A stretch of DNA of 63,968 nt, the filler included, from Choristocarpus tenellus KU-1152 (taxonomy: Eukaryota; Protista; Phaeophyceae): NCBI GenBank assembly GCA_964200185.2. It is 13 parts of 13 records of this genome, joined end to end, with 100 filler letters (N's around TTAATTAATTAA, not from the genome) between each part and the next. Parts side by side here need not be neighbours in the genome. Positions count along the whole stretch, not along the records: positions 1 to 4,446 come from CAXNAD020014517.1; positions 4,547 to 11,343 come from CAXNAD020007323.1; positions 11,444 to 24,418 come from CAXNAD020001626.1; 10 more parts are not named here. The stretch is one strand, 5' to 3'. Each line of letters begins with the position of its first letter. Within the stretch, counting starts at the first letter, position 1. Both the position numbers and the translations under genes were made by a program. This document shows, one piece after another, positions 1-12,775 of the stretch. Below the pieces are notes generated by a model, which did no database searches, was not told the DNA's origin, and saw only the letters and a program-made list of their open reading frames with translations.

Positions 1-737
1 CCCCCCCTATTTATTTTTACCCCCGGCCCCCCATCCCCCGGGGCTTCCCCCCCCCCCCCCCCCCCCCCCCCCCATAGCCCCCCCCTGCTCCCCACATATC
101 AGTCTTTGTGCGTGAGAGGTCTGCAGTACCCTGCTCTGGTTATAGAAGACCAGCACTAGTAGCCTGTTATGGTTGTTGTAAATGAAACACAGGAGTAACT
201 GACAGGATAGGTGCTCAACGCCATTATTAGCAGCTCAACATGTTCGCATCTGAGTATGCACAGTTCTCTAGAGTAGTGCCCACGGAATGCTGGAGACAAA
301 GCATAAAGGTTTGATTATGATGTTAATAGTATATGGACCAGACACATAAGAGGATATTTCCTCAAGAGACACACAGGACAGAGAGACGAGACTTTTGATT
401 TACATGTTTGTCTGAAGAACAGAATTTTAAAAAGTGACACAAATGGAGCACAGACTACTCCTGAACCTGGTCCCTGTGGTTGAGTTTGATTTGAGTGTAG
501 TTTTCCGTAGTACACATAGATATTCAAAGTTTTCCAGGCATTAAAGGTCTGATGAAGAGGGATATATACCCTTTTGTCCCAATATAGACCTTGAACGACG
601 CCTTCGTGTTATTCTTTCCAAGTGGCAAGGAATCATATTTTCGGGAGTATTTAACTTTTTTCAAGTACTACATTTTAATATTAGTAATGTGGAAGTGTCA
701 AAGGTGCCTAGTTCTCTGCTCATCAAGGGTGCAATCA

Positions 738-916
738 GGCTCAAAGTATCTGGGAGGGGTGGCGGCTGTCCATTTGTGGCTAAGTTTTTCATGTCGCGAT
801 TTTTGGGTGATTTGGTTCCATAAGTCGGATGGATAATGAAAGTGCACTTTTCCTGGTTTTGGCCCAAATGGACACTCCGGTGTAGACCTCACCCTCTCCC
901 CCAGATACTTCGGGTC
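738..916. mobile_element. MITE family A (~180 bp), full copy
   Basis: TIRs GGCTCAAAGTATCTGGG ... CCCAGATACTTCGGGTC; 4-bp TSD ATCA at 734-737 and 917-920; subterminal GTCCATTTG / CAAATGGAC motifs. Confidence 0.9.
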
Positions 917-1369
917 ATCACAATCACCGGACTGAAATTCCTTCACCTCAGAGGGTGAGACCGAGTTTCAAAGGCCTTGGCTCAACATCTCAAAACAGAT
1001 GAGGAAATCCAGTACAGACCAAAAACCTTAAAAGACAACAGACGTTCCCGAATGACTGAGCAACGTCACAGCAAAGAAATGGATCGGTCAGAATCGGAAT
1101 GGTTCTTCGTTCTGATAGTCCATATTGGCTGTTTGGTCAAATCCAGCTCAAAGGACGTGGTTGGTGCGCGCAAATGTATATGACCGCGCGTCTTATGCAT
1201 AATGTGTGTGTCGGAGATCCCAAAAAAGGAACCTGTCCCTCACAGTAATAAGTGATTATTAAATATTGATGATGTAACACAAGACTTGAGAAAACAGTAA
1301 GGATAAAATACTGTAGAAAATATATTTCGTGATAAGGAAAGAAGCACTGAGACGAAACACATTTTTTAT

Positions 1370-1588
1370 TTTGAAGATGCTGACGAAACAGAGTGCAAAA
1401 TCCGGCTTTTTATATAAATGTGCATGGTGACTTTCTTCATTCTATTGAAGATTCTAAACAATAGGGAAACCAAAGTTATTAAGTTAATTGGCACTTCATA
1501 CATAGAAATACAAGTGAATTGCAAAGGTTAAAAAAACTGCTTAAAATGCAAAAGGTTCAAAATCTGTGCACCTCTCGTTACTTCGACT
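1370..1588. mobile_element. MITE family C, 3' part (degenerate)
   Basis: Ends CACCTCTCGTTACTTCGACT; internal similarity to 8765-8995. Confidence 0.6.
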
Positions 1589-2879
1589 AACTGACATTTT
1601 GCAGATGATGTGGTGGGGGAAAGAAATAACATACTGTATGTACATGGTACTTCGAAGTATAGAATACAACAAACACAACAAGTACTACTGTGTTGTATTG
1701 CTCTTCCTCAAACACGTTTCCACCACGCCCTTGAAAAAAAATGTGTTCCTTGGTGTTTGGATTGATTGGGTGGATTGGGCTTGACACTCAATTTCCTTTC
1801 CTTTCCTCTTATTACCTCTTGACCACGCCCTCGAGCTAATGCGAAGAGAGTATACGTACCCCAATACTTGAAAACACAACATATAATATAGCCAAAAAGG
1901 TCGAATCGGGGATATCTGACTATTGGAATTGAAGGTGTTGGCATCATTGCCTCCAGCAGAATAGTGCTTGCCACAGATCTTTCTTCTCTCCTTTTCGTTA
2001 GGAATCGGAAACATTCAGGAGTGGTGGGTGGTGGTCGGAGGTGCCACGTACCAGTGGCCAGCACCCCGCACCCACCACCCATCACCCAAACAGGGTTTTT
2101 CATTATATATCAAAGGATAAGTAGTGAGTGGTGAGCCAGCAGGCTATGGGCGGTGGGGGTCCTTCTGCGTGGGTGGGGGGTGCCACTACCCATAATTGAA
2201 GGGCAGTTGGCATTTCTATAAGGGTTGTGAGAAGATGCTACACAACCTATATGTGCAAAACCTCCATGCATTCGTGGATTCAACCTTTTTTTGTCAAGGA
2301 CTAAACATCTATATCCTGGAGGGAAACAATAACACAGAGGGTGAGCACTTGACCTTGGTGTTAAGTTCAGGTAAGCCCAGCCTCCAAACCCAACATTAAA
2401 GGTGTTGAACCTTCCGGATTCGTATCTCTGTCGTGCCACAGATGCGGATGGTGAAGGAGGAGAAGGTTGGGGGTGGTGGGATGGACAAGGAGGAGTCGAA
2501 GGAAGAAAGGCAGGAAGAATGGAAGAAATCCAATAAAAGGTAGGCATCAAGTGGACCTTCCATTAGTAGTGTACAGCATGGTGTGTATTTGTTTGGACTC
2601 ACTATCTAGTTCTGGTGACTCCCTGTGCCGAAAGTTCCATACATCATAGAATCTACGTTTGATTGAGGTTGTAAACTACCAGTCATATCCAAGGTAATCT
2701 TTTAGGAGCAAATCAAAGTGCACAGCGAGAAGTGTGTTACTGTTCCAGTCCTCATGCGATTAACTATATAACCTAGCAAGCACCCCTCCCAAATTGTGTA
2801 TGGCATCATGGAAGGCTACCAACGATATACTTAAGCCTGGTGAGTTTGAGAGTATCGGGCTGATTTTTGACCTTGCTGT

Positions 2880-3134
2880 GACCCAGAGTAAACAAGGGGT
2901 ACCAAGTCTTGGCCATTTTGCAAGTCGAAGTCAGTCTTTTCATCTTTCGAAATTCACCCGTATTTCTATTAATGAAATGATCAGTTTGACTTGAGTATAT
3001 TCATTTCTCTATTGTTTGAAAAGTCGAAACGATTCAGAAAATATCGAATATGCATAAATAGATTAATTTTGTACATATTTTGTCTGCATCTTTAAAATGC
3101 AAATCTGCTGGGTACCTCTCGTTTACTTTGACTC
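2880..3134. mobile_element. MITE family C (~255 bp)
   Basis: TIRs GACCCAGAGTAAACAAGGGGTACC ... GGTACCTCTCGTTTACTTTGACTC; homologous to 8583-8995 and 33811-34080. Confidence 0.8.
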
Positions 3135-4446
3135 TGCCCTCTTAAAGGTCTCATATACACTGAACAAGTAAGTAAGTACTTCCAGTATCGCCTTCATGCT
3201 ATGTACTCCAAGATGTGGATAGTTCTGGACAGTGCAAAGAGAGAGAGATCCAGCAGCCATTTATCCAAACAGATATTTCGAGATTTAGTTCTATTGGACT
3301 GTCCCCTGCCTTATCAGATAGTCGGCATTCGAGGGTCCTGACTGAGATGTGCTGCTTAGCATAGGTTGGTATATTCAATATATTCTATAATACTTAGTGA
3401 CAATCATTTTATTGGTATTAGTACAAATAAAAATTAACATATACCTCTCACATGTTCTTAGCAGGGATTCCAATCCTCAAAACTTTTGAACACCCTGGGT
3501 AATGCTGGAGAGAAAGAAAAAAATCTCAAGGCTCTGGCACTGAACCCTACAGGAAGCAAGTACAACTGCAATGATGATGACCATCTCAATCGGTAATGCC
3601 ATTTTCAAGGCAGTGGCAGTAGGTTCGAATAAAGTGATCAGATGTTCCTTGGGAGGACTCAATCGGTTTGACAAGGTTAACCTTCTTGCTGCATTGCCAA
3701 CATTAGAGCCCCAGGGTTTTCTGCCACTGGAGGAAGACAGTAGTGGTCTCCATGAAAATAATCTTCTAGTACTAAGGCAGACCAAGCGAAAGGTTCCATC
3801 ATTGCATTTGAAGGTTTCTATGCGAAAAATCCGACTTTTATGTTCAAAAGCATATAGGAACTTTTCTTAGCTTTGTCGACTTTAAAAACAAATATGAAAT
3901 CAACACAACCAAGCCCATCTTACTTCGTCCATAAAAATACTTTATCGCGGTGAATTGTAAAGACAAAAGGGCTAGAATGTGAAAAGCCCAATATCTCGAT
4001 ATCTCATATCTACCTTGGCTCGCTCACTGATCACTATGCAGGGAACTCAGGGTTATCCTACCACTTGTCAACAGAAAACCTCCTCGTCGAGTGGGATGGC
4101 ATGAAGAATGTAATTCAATAAGTGATACAAAGGAGGATTATTCGAAACCTCTTGCTCGGTATTATAATAACTACACCCTGCCCAACTTCTGGGTTTAACC
4201 ATGGGATAGAGTAGGTACTGGAGGAGAATCTGGAAGAGCTTCTTGACGTGGCAGAAAAGGTCACACTACGAGAGGAGAAGGAGTATAACTAGTAAACAGT
4301 CTTAAAAGTTGATTACGACTTTGTTGGCGTGCAGTCCGGGACGAAAACTCATATTTGAAAACTTGTGCGAGTTGATCTCAAGCTTTACTTCACGTTGCTG
4401 CATGAACTCAAGTATCCTAGAGGGGGGGGGGGGGGGGGGGGGCGTT

Positions 4447-4546
4447 NNNNNNNNNNNNNNNNNNNNNNNNNNNNNNNNNNNNNNNNNNNNTTAATTAATT
4501 AANNNNNNNNNNNNNNNNNNNNNNNNNNNNNNNNNNNNNNNNNNNN
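4447..4546. other. Artificial contig linker (N-run + TTAATTAATTAA + N-run); the same linker occurs at 11344, 24419, 27119, 29833, 34346, 37260, 40411, 43433, 53361, 57765 and 61338
   Basis: The same 12-mer, which puts stops in all six frames, sits between N-runs 12 times. Confidence 0.97.
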
Positions 4547-4547
4547 G

Positions 4548-4985
4548 GAGGAAGTACTTGAGTACCGATCCTATGGAGTGATCCCAGATGTCATTCCAGG
4601 GGTGTCCTCTTGCCTCGCGGCCCCTCTCTTGGGCGGGATTCCCCTCAGCCCCATAGGAGGGGGTGGGGATCAAGTTGTTGTGTGCACGGGGTACAGGGAA
4701 GGTGGGGGTGTTTTACCTTCATCTTCCTTGCCCCTCTACAGGGGAGATGGCACTACCTGTGTGCTTCTGATGGCCATGGGAAGGCTTAGGCTATTGTGTG
4801 CACAGTTGAACGAGGAATGCGGCTGGCCACAAGAGTGTGGCGCTGCCGTGGTGGAGCGGGCTGGAACCAGTTTGCAGACAACTGTTTGTGGAACACTTGC
4901 AAGCATTGCTGATCTGGTTGAAAGGGCTGGCTCCAGGGCTCCTGCAGTGGTGGTGGTGGGCGAAGGCATAAACCTCCTGCAGTGA
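4548..4985 (+). CDS. Uroporphyrinogen-III C-methyltransferase (SUMT, CobA/CysG/MET1 family), C-terminal exon, 5' partial
   Basis: Motifs EE..VIPGVSSCLAAPLLGGIPL, VVVCTG, VLLMAMGRL, AAVVERA..QTTVCGTLASIADLV..APAVVVVGE match the tetrapyrrole methylase fold; stop at 4983-4985. Confidence 0.88.
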   Translation, partial: EEVLEYRSYGVIPDVIPGVSSCLAAPLLGGIPLSPIGGGGDQVVVCTGYREGGGVLPSSSLPLYRGDGTTCVLLMAMGRLRLLCAQLNEECGWPQECGAAVVERAGTSLQTTVCGTLASIADLVERAGSRAPAVVVVGEGINLLQ

Positions 4986-6783
4986 CCCTCTTGCTTGATA
5001 TTAGTTTGGTAAGCAATAGGCTTGGGCATTGCGTGCATCCAAGGAGTGTTTCTCTTTCCCACTTCATTGTTCTGGGAGTGCTTTTCCTCTTACGAATGTT
5101 GTCTGTTTTTGGCGCGTCCGTCTGTTAACTCCCACTGGTCCTGAGAAGGTTGGAGTTGATGCTGTTATCACTGCATATAAAATCTCGTCCCAGAGGTCAG
5201 AAGTGCTCATAGGCTACTGCAGCCCTGTGATTCAGTGAGAGATGTTATGATTTTTCAAGCACTTGTTGATACCATAGAGTGCAACCATGCAATTCATTGT
5301 AAATCAGTGCTATATCTTATACTATGAACTAGTTGTGCGTGTCAAACTCACTCTAAACGTTTCTGCCTACCTAACGATCCTGACTGAAAAATCTACTCAT
5401 ATATAGTGTGACTGATTTGCTAGACCCCCCAGACCTGAGGCTTAGACTTTCGCAACCCTCTGGCTCGTTTGCAATTTTCAGTTATGACTAGGAACAGGGC
5501 ATTTTGGGGTTAGATAATTCCTTGATGAGAGCAACCTCATCACTTCCCAGAGTGACTATGTGGAGGAACCTTGATTATCATGAAGACTTTGGTGTATGTA
5601 CGTATCATGTTTACAGGCTTCTTCTGTTTTAGTACTGCTTAAAATATATTATGGAGTATATTCGAATGTTCTATATTTTTAGGGCCATTCTGTAAGGTTT
5701 TAAGCTTACACAGCGGGAACAAGTAAAGCAGATATTAGACAAGACCGCATTTGATGAGACTGTGATTGTGTAATATGACCCTCCCCACTGTGCGCTCCCT
5801 ACTCTAAGGTTGAGGGTGAAGGTGAGTTGACTGGCGATTGTAATATTTGAACATGGAGTATATTGAGGGGGAGTGATCACAAGTACAACTACCACGTTGT
5901 ACTTGTGGGGGTAAGGTTGCTGCACCTTTGTGACATCTCGACTGTTGGCAACTTGTAGTTGGGGTTGTGGTCCACTCCCAACAACCCTCACTGACCTTTG
6001 TAGGTTTATGTGGGTTATGATTCTGACTCTCTTGTTCATATAAATTTCAGTTCTGGTTGGATTGGGCTTTATCCCAAAGTAGGTTGTCTTTTACAGTTGC
6101 TATTTTTGCAATTGGTGAGCCAAACATGCATCAATCTCTGAGCAATCTTGACAGCATTAGTGGCTTCACTTCAACTGACATGCCAGGCATGCAATAGTGA
6201 TTGCTGAATTTTGTAATTTAGGTGAATAGAAAACATCTGTTCGCGAATTTGTCGTTTCTTTTTTCCAAACGTCCTTTGCTTCTTGTTGATAGATAGTTAC
6301 GTGCAGCCTCACAATGACATTTACACACTCATAGCCCTAATTCTACGTCGTAGAATATGGAGATACTCTTCCACGTCAAATTGGCATCTCTTTGAACTAT
6401 CGTCTCAGCATGCTTCTATCACTACATGTGTACAGAAATAGTCTAATGAATAACTACACACTCCATGTAAGACTTTGGAAAAGTACAATGTTTTTGTGAA
6501 ACATATCAGGTTGGTAGATACCTTCCCCTCCTCTGTCCTTCGTGTTAACTTCGTACCTACTTGCCACAGCATTTTGAGCACACATTGATGCCTCCCATAA
6601 CATGGCAGAAATCAATTCTTGGAGGTGTGAAGCCAAACCCGTCTACTGTGATATTTTTTTGGTTTTGGAATGCTTCACGTCTATGACTGCATGTTACACC
6701 GTGTTTCTTGTTCTACGTAGTAGAAGAGCTGTTGAAGTAGGGTCTAATTAGCTAGATCATGCTTTTTCAGACTTTAATCCTTA

Positions 6784-7141
6784 GAGCCAAAGTATCTTAG
6801 AGGGAAGGGCCGCGTCCATTTGGGGGTCAAAATTCCAATCTTGTGATTTTTATGTAATTTTGGCTATCGTGTTTGCTATTAAGTGTCAATATCCTTGTTC
6901 CGGATACACCTTTTCATAACGTACACATTTTCCTACTCCAAAACGTTTTTGGAGTAGGAAAATGCCATAAAAGAACCCATTGGAAGCCAAGCTTGTTCTG
7001 GAAACACCTTTTCATAACATACATTTTACGTACGCTGAACCATTTTGGAGTAGGAAAATGTCGTTAAAAAGACCCCATGGGAAGCCAAGCCCTAAATGGA
7101 GAAACAGGGCAAAACTCATACCCTCTAAGATACTTTCACTC
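6784..7141. mobile_element. MITE family B with internal partial duplication
   Basis: TIRs GAGCCAAAGTATCTTAGAGGG ... CCCTCTAAGATACTTTCACTC; flanks CTTA/CTTG; internal 18-bp-stem hairpin at 6926-6964. Confidence 0.9.
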
Positions 7142-8582
7142 CTTGGGCTCTATGAATACAACAAGGCAAAGAAACAAACAAGTCACACAGGAGAAATATC
7201 AGTAGAGAGAGGTGTGTAAGTCAACGTTGGAACACTCCCTCTGAACAGTTAAATTTATGTTGAGGTTACTCTATCATAAGACCTGCCTCAAGACCTACCT
7301 TCCCATTTCATTTTTTTTTCCTCCAACGGTTAACACATAGGCTACTCACCTGTTGTGTTCTTGTTGCGATACAGTATCACCAGTTCATACTGCCTGTTGA
7401 TTTGCCCATTGGTACTGGTCGTTACTCTAACATCGTCAGCTCATCCTCACAACATCATCAAATACTGTCAGGACATTGTGGTACATAAAAAGCATAGAAC
7501 AGTCACTACCTATCAAACATACACAATATGTGCCATATATGAGTTCCCTCAGATATTGATTCAAGTTTGTTCCTTTTTTTCTTTTTCTTCTTTCACATCA
7601 GAAGTGTTCAGTGGTGTATCTTATCTTGATTATTATTTTTCTGGCTAGTATTGCCCCCTCGTAAGACATCAAGCTCGCTCTGCGCCAAGTGTACCTGATA
7701 CACACCTGGATGCACTATATTCAGAGTTAAGACATCCTCAGAAACCCTTCTACTTCAAGGTGACAAGCCTCTACTCGGAGCATTCATTCCTTCCTTTGAG
7801 TGTCCCAAGGAATAACCTCGATTTCACGTCATCATCTGACTACTGAGCGAAGCATATAATCAGGTTCATCAATACAAATTCACCAGTGCTTTACTGCACT
7901 ATGACACCCCTTCGTTGCCAATATGTCACTAACAAGAAAGCATGAATCATTCGACTTCAGGTTTCAACAGGTTATGGGCCTCAAACGATTCCCCTCAACC
8001 TTCCCTTCATCAAAACATTACTTGTAATTCAATAGCTTAAAACATCCACAACATGCTGACATGTACATACAGAAGAAGATCGATCTAAATTCGGTATTAA
8101 CATAGGACGAGGACACTCTGCCTGTATGTATTATTTAGGCTTTGCATCACTATATATTGGCATGTGGAAGAGAGTGTTGTCATACTTTTAACTACTCCAC
8201 TACTACCTACATTAGCGGAGACATCAACTCACAATTTTGTTTTCTTTTATAGCTGGGAACTCTCTATAAGCGTTACTCAGGATTTGTCCAATCACATCTC
8301 CAGTGCACGGATCCAACCAAGCGATATACTACTGTAATCTGTACCTAATATGTATTGTGAATCACTATGATTCAATTTAATCAAATCATTGATAGCTGAC
8401 ATTGGAAATGGAGTGGTTAGATCCGATTGGATATTTTTAGGGTCTAAAACTGGACAGGCAGTTCACCGGCCCAGGCCAGATGAACTGACCTCAATAGGGT
8501 TTTCAGTGCCCTGGGCTTGTCCTGTCAGAATTGTTTCTCACCTTGGGCCAACCCTATTGGCAAAACGGTTTATCTGCTTATT

Positions 8583-8995
8583 GGGTCAAAGTAAACGAGA
8601 GGTAACCCAGAGTTGGCTCAAAGTATCTGGGATGGGGAGGGGGGTCTACACCAGGGTGTCCATTTGGGCCCTGACCAGGAGAAGTGCACTTACATTACCC
8701 TTCCGACGCATGAAAAATGGGCCGTGAATGGACAGCCATCGCCCCTCCCCAGATACTTTGAGCCAGTTTCATTTGAAAGATGCTGACAAATTTGTACAAA
8801 TTCGTCTATTTTTACAAATGCATCTAGGATATTTTCTGAACTGTGTCGATTTTTTTCAAACAGTAGAGAAATCAACGTTCTCAGGTCAAACTTAACACAT
8901 CATCTATACAAATATGGGTGAATTGCCAAAGATTAAAAAATGTAATCAAAATGCAAAACACCCAAAACTTGGCTACCTCTCGTTTACTTTAGCTC
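8583..8995. mobile_element. MITE family C carrying a nested family A copy
   Basis: TIRs GGGTCAAAGTAAACGAGAGGTA ... TACCTCTCGTTTACTTTAGCTC; ATT on both flanks. Confidence 0.85.
8615..8764. mobile_element. MITE family A (internally deleted), nested in C
   Basis: GGCTCAAAGTATCTGGG ... CCCAGATACTTTGAGCC with perfect TSD AGTT (8611-8614 / 8765-8768). Confidence 0.9.
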
Positions 8996-10122
8996 ATTGC
9001 TAATACTCTGTTACTATTGCAGTCGCTTTTTTATCTACATTAAAGTGCATTAGATATTGTTAAAGTGCTCACTACATAATTCATGTTCAATTCGTAACTC
9101 ACGCAAACACCACCCTGCTCAGGGTGCAGGGTCTGACAATCGGTCCAGCCCTTTCAACATACATCTTGCCCAGTCCGGGCTATGGTCCTGCCCTGTTAAA
9201 GGCCCTGACCCACCCCTTTCCAATATATTTTTACTGAGTTGACTCACAATTGGTCCCGCCAAAATCCTAAGGCCCTTGTCCAGACCTGTTACTCTTACGA
9301 TTTCAGCCCAAGGTCTGGCATTGTCACAGTTACCCAGTCTGATGTTAGGCCCACTTTATTGTCTCCCACATACGCATTCTGCATGCCCTGCTGGAATTTT
9401 CTCACCATGTTTCGTTCATCTTACTTCATACAAAATAAAAACATTTCTAAGTCCCATCTAGCGCATGGAGTCTTTTTTCCATAATAACATATGTTCACCA
9501 ACGTTTCGATTCACATGATTACACAAAAAAATGGAGCAAGCTCCACCACATAAACACAAATATAACTTTTAGTGGTCATTATCAGACTCTGTCACTTAAA
9601 AGCATACATGCTTAGAGGTACAATAAATTGAGTACCAGTGTAAGAGAAACCCAGGGGTGTAGGCATTACCCTTGATTAATCGATTGATTGGCATTAGATA
9701 GTTTGATGGTCTCAGATCCGTGGACAGAATACAGGACAAACTCTTCAATCCTCCCATGGTACCCCTTTTACAGATCGCTTTGTGTGATGGGTCGTTGAGT
9801 TTGTCATAGAAATCACCCTGCTTGTTTTGAATGTATACATGGATATTCCAATCGTTCGTAGTACATTGAACGCATTTTTAATATGTCAATATGCTTGACA
9901 TATATTTCGCTATATGAACAATATATATATGCTGAAGAATAGAAGGCAACAAAATAAAAAAAGAGGCGCTCTTCAGAGGTAGGACCACATGTAGCAGAAA
10001 ATGGCCACAGGGGCCCGAATACCTGACACCCCTGTCAAAGATAGGGTAGATAAAGGAGAGCATATAAGGAATAATCAGTGATAACCAGCAGAGAAACGTA
10101 GCACAGAAACGCAGAGAAATGT

Positions 10123-10305
10123 GACTCGAAGCATCTGGGGAAGGGTGGCGGCTGTCCATTTTGGGGCCCATTTTTCATGTCACGATTATTGGGTGGATTT
10201 GGTTGAATGTGTTGGATGGATAATGTATGTGCACTTCTCCTCATCAGGGCCAAAATGGACACCCTTGTGTAGACCTCCCCCCCCCCCCGCCAGCTCCCTT
10301 GGACC
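10123..10305. mobile_element. MITE family A, degenerate right end
   Basis: Starts GACTCGAAGCATCTGGGG; interior matches 738-916. Confidence 0.8.
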
Positions 10306-11303
10306 TAAAATAAACAAATGGAGCAATCGACCAGGACATCCGATATGATATAAACATAAACAAAGAAAAAAAATGGTAGTAGTCTAAGCTCCAGCATGGC
10401 AACACAGAGACAAGGGCCCGCATTAGTAATATCCAAATAGACCTTACCTCCAGCATCAAGGGTCGCAGACCCAAGGAGGGGTACCTATCCATTCTTTATC
10501 GCACATTATATTGCCAAGTTCAGTCCCGTATATATCCATCAACTACATACAGGTAAGAAACCAATACTTAACAAGGAGGTATCCTAGGCCAGACACCGTC
10601 CCCAACTCAAAGCTCAGCATGCGTAACATGCGTGTTTGGTGACTGTAGTCGCTTTCGTTTGGTGAGATGTGGGTGCATCCTCCTCCTTAGCATGCCAGAA
10701 TACCATTTTATTTGTGCCACCTGCTTGGATCTTCTGCAAGTACACCCCATTCTTCAGGTGAAGTCCTGAAACACTCAAGATTGTCTTGGAAGAATAACCA
10801 AGATTTTTTCTCCGGTCTTTCCTTACCTGTTTTTCTCAGGTACAAGCAATTCCCCAATCATCAAGGCCTTGTATAATCCATATACTATTTCAATCATACA
10901 CAAAATATGGCGAGTATCCCAGAAAGGATATGTCACATGCCAGTAGAAGCATAAGGTACGACACGTTCAAGAGATAAAATATATGTACTCAACGCTCACA
11001 TTATATATGCACATAATATATTCTAGAATGTTGGAAGGCCAAGTGATTTTCGTTCATATTCAAATGAAATAATGGCATATGAGCTGCACATTTCAAACAA
11101 TATCGTGTTCTGTACCACCCAACAAGGGGTCAAAACGACCTGAAGTCATAATATCTAGTAATCTGGGTACATTGACTATCTGTCTGTACCGATGGGTTGT
11201 TTTTTAAATTGTAAATTTAGTGCATTTGTTCACGTCATTGGCAGGGGGGTGTACAACCGAAAAATAATGGTACATCTACGTACTGATACTTGTTTGATTT
11301 CAA

Positions 11304-11343
11304 GGCTCAAAGTATCTGGGAGGGGGTGGCGGCTGTCCATTTG
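11304..11343. mobile_element. MITE family A, end truncated by contig break
   Basis: GGCTCAAAGTATCTGGGAGGGGGTGGCGGCTGTCCATTTG runs into Ns. Confidence 0.85.
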
Positions 11344-11443
11344 NNNNNNNNNNNNNNNNNNNNNNNNNNNNNNNNNNNNNNNNNNNNTTAATTAATTAAN
11401 NNNNNNNNNNNNNNNNNNNNNNNNNNNNNNNNNNNNNNNNNNN

Positions 11444-12737
11444 CGAGTCAAGCCCATCGGACGGGTGACTCAACCTTTCTGTGGGGGGTGCTGCAGACCT
11501 AAGCTGACCATACATGACGAGAATTACGAGGAGGAGCTGTGGGTGAAGGGTGCTTGCTGCTTTGGTGACCTCTACGGTTCGGAGTTTCACGTGCTTGGGA
11601 ACGACAGGTCGAAGGTGACGGTTAGGGTTAGGGTTAGGGTTAGGGTTAGTGTTAGTGAGTTTTTGTAGTGTGTGGGGTTGGGGTTGGGGTTGGGGTTAGC
11701 GTTAGCGTTAGTGTTAGTGTTAGTGTTAGCGTTAGCGTTAGCGTTAGTGTTAGTGTTAGTGTTAGCGTTAGCGTTAGCGTTAGTGTTAGGGTATTTGTGA
11801 GGGCAAATTGTGCTATTTTTGTTGTGTATATTTTTTCGTGTGTTTATTTTTACTGCTTTTTTTTTAGGGTTAGGGTTAGGGTTGAGAGTTGGGGCTTGGT
11901 GGGCATGTTTTATACCTCCCCTTTTTTGTGGGGGTCTGGTGGTGCATGTCGGTGTGAATACATACCATATGTATTGTATCAATAGATAACGTAATGTACG
12001 TAATGTACTGTAAGACGATTGCATTCGGATCGTCTCTTGGGGAGGATGATGTATGTATGTATGTATATATGTATATATGTATATATGTTGTGGATGATTT
12101 ATGTATGTATGTTGTTGTTGTTGTTGTGATGGTTTGTTGTGATGGTTTGTTGTGTTGGTTTGTGGCTCGGAGTATTTTTCGTTGTTAGTAGTTGGGGTAT
12201 GCTCTTGGCCGTATGCTGATAAGGATGAGTTTTGTGAGACAAGGCATGCAAGAAGTATAGGTCAAATGTAACCAGGTGGCGGGTTTTGACAAAGATCACA
12301 CGAAGTATGGAGAAGATGATGGTTTGGTATGATCTTGTGAGGTATGTCACCGGTGGTATGGGGGGGGGGGGGGGGTTGGTGGTTGTGTTTTGGGTGGGGG
12401 GGGGCTGCGTGGGGGGGGGGGGGGGGGGGGGGGGGGTACGTCCATGATATCGTTATCGGTTACTGTCATTTGAAATTTTTGCACCTATTTTTTTTAGCTG
12501 TGTTCCGCCGACAAGAACCCCAAACCCTGTTCATAGTCTCTTTCCTGGTTCTCTTTTTTATTTTTTTTTGTTGATTGTGTGTCTTGCGTACGTAAGTTCC
12601 CATCACCATCAACTATTTCGCATTTCGAGTTCTAACCTTGACCCTTATTTTTTTGTTTTTACTATTATTATTGTATATCAGTCAGTTTCAATCACCATCC
12701 ACTCTTGGTTTCACGTTTCGGGTTCTAGCCCCTTCCC

Positions 12738-12775
<38 letters not shown>

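Noticed and set aside
3477-3880. Possible MuDR-like transposase fragment
   Set aside because: Only a vague resemblance; no catalytic motif or TIR.
4491-4502. Recurrent TTAATTAATTAA palindrome as a biological motif
   Set aside because: It is always embedded in N-runs and is an artificial six-frame-stop linker.
4642-4672. SUMT segment PLSPIGGGGDQ instead of the conserved PLTHRGVA.Q, as possible recoding
   Set aside because: CAT AGG (HR) and GGG GTG (GV) are present in shifted frames beside homopolymers near a contig end. Compensating sequencing indels are the simpler explanation.
11587-12024. ORFs with poly-NT/NA/VS/LT, and similar poly-L or poly-I ORFs at 23775, 40098 and 59541
   Set aside because: These are translations of microsatellites or low-complexity DNA.
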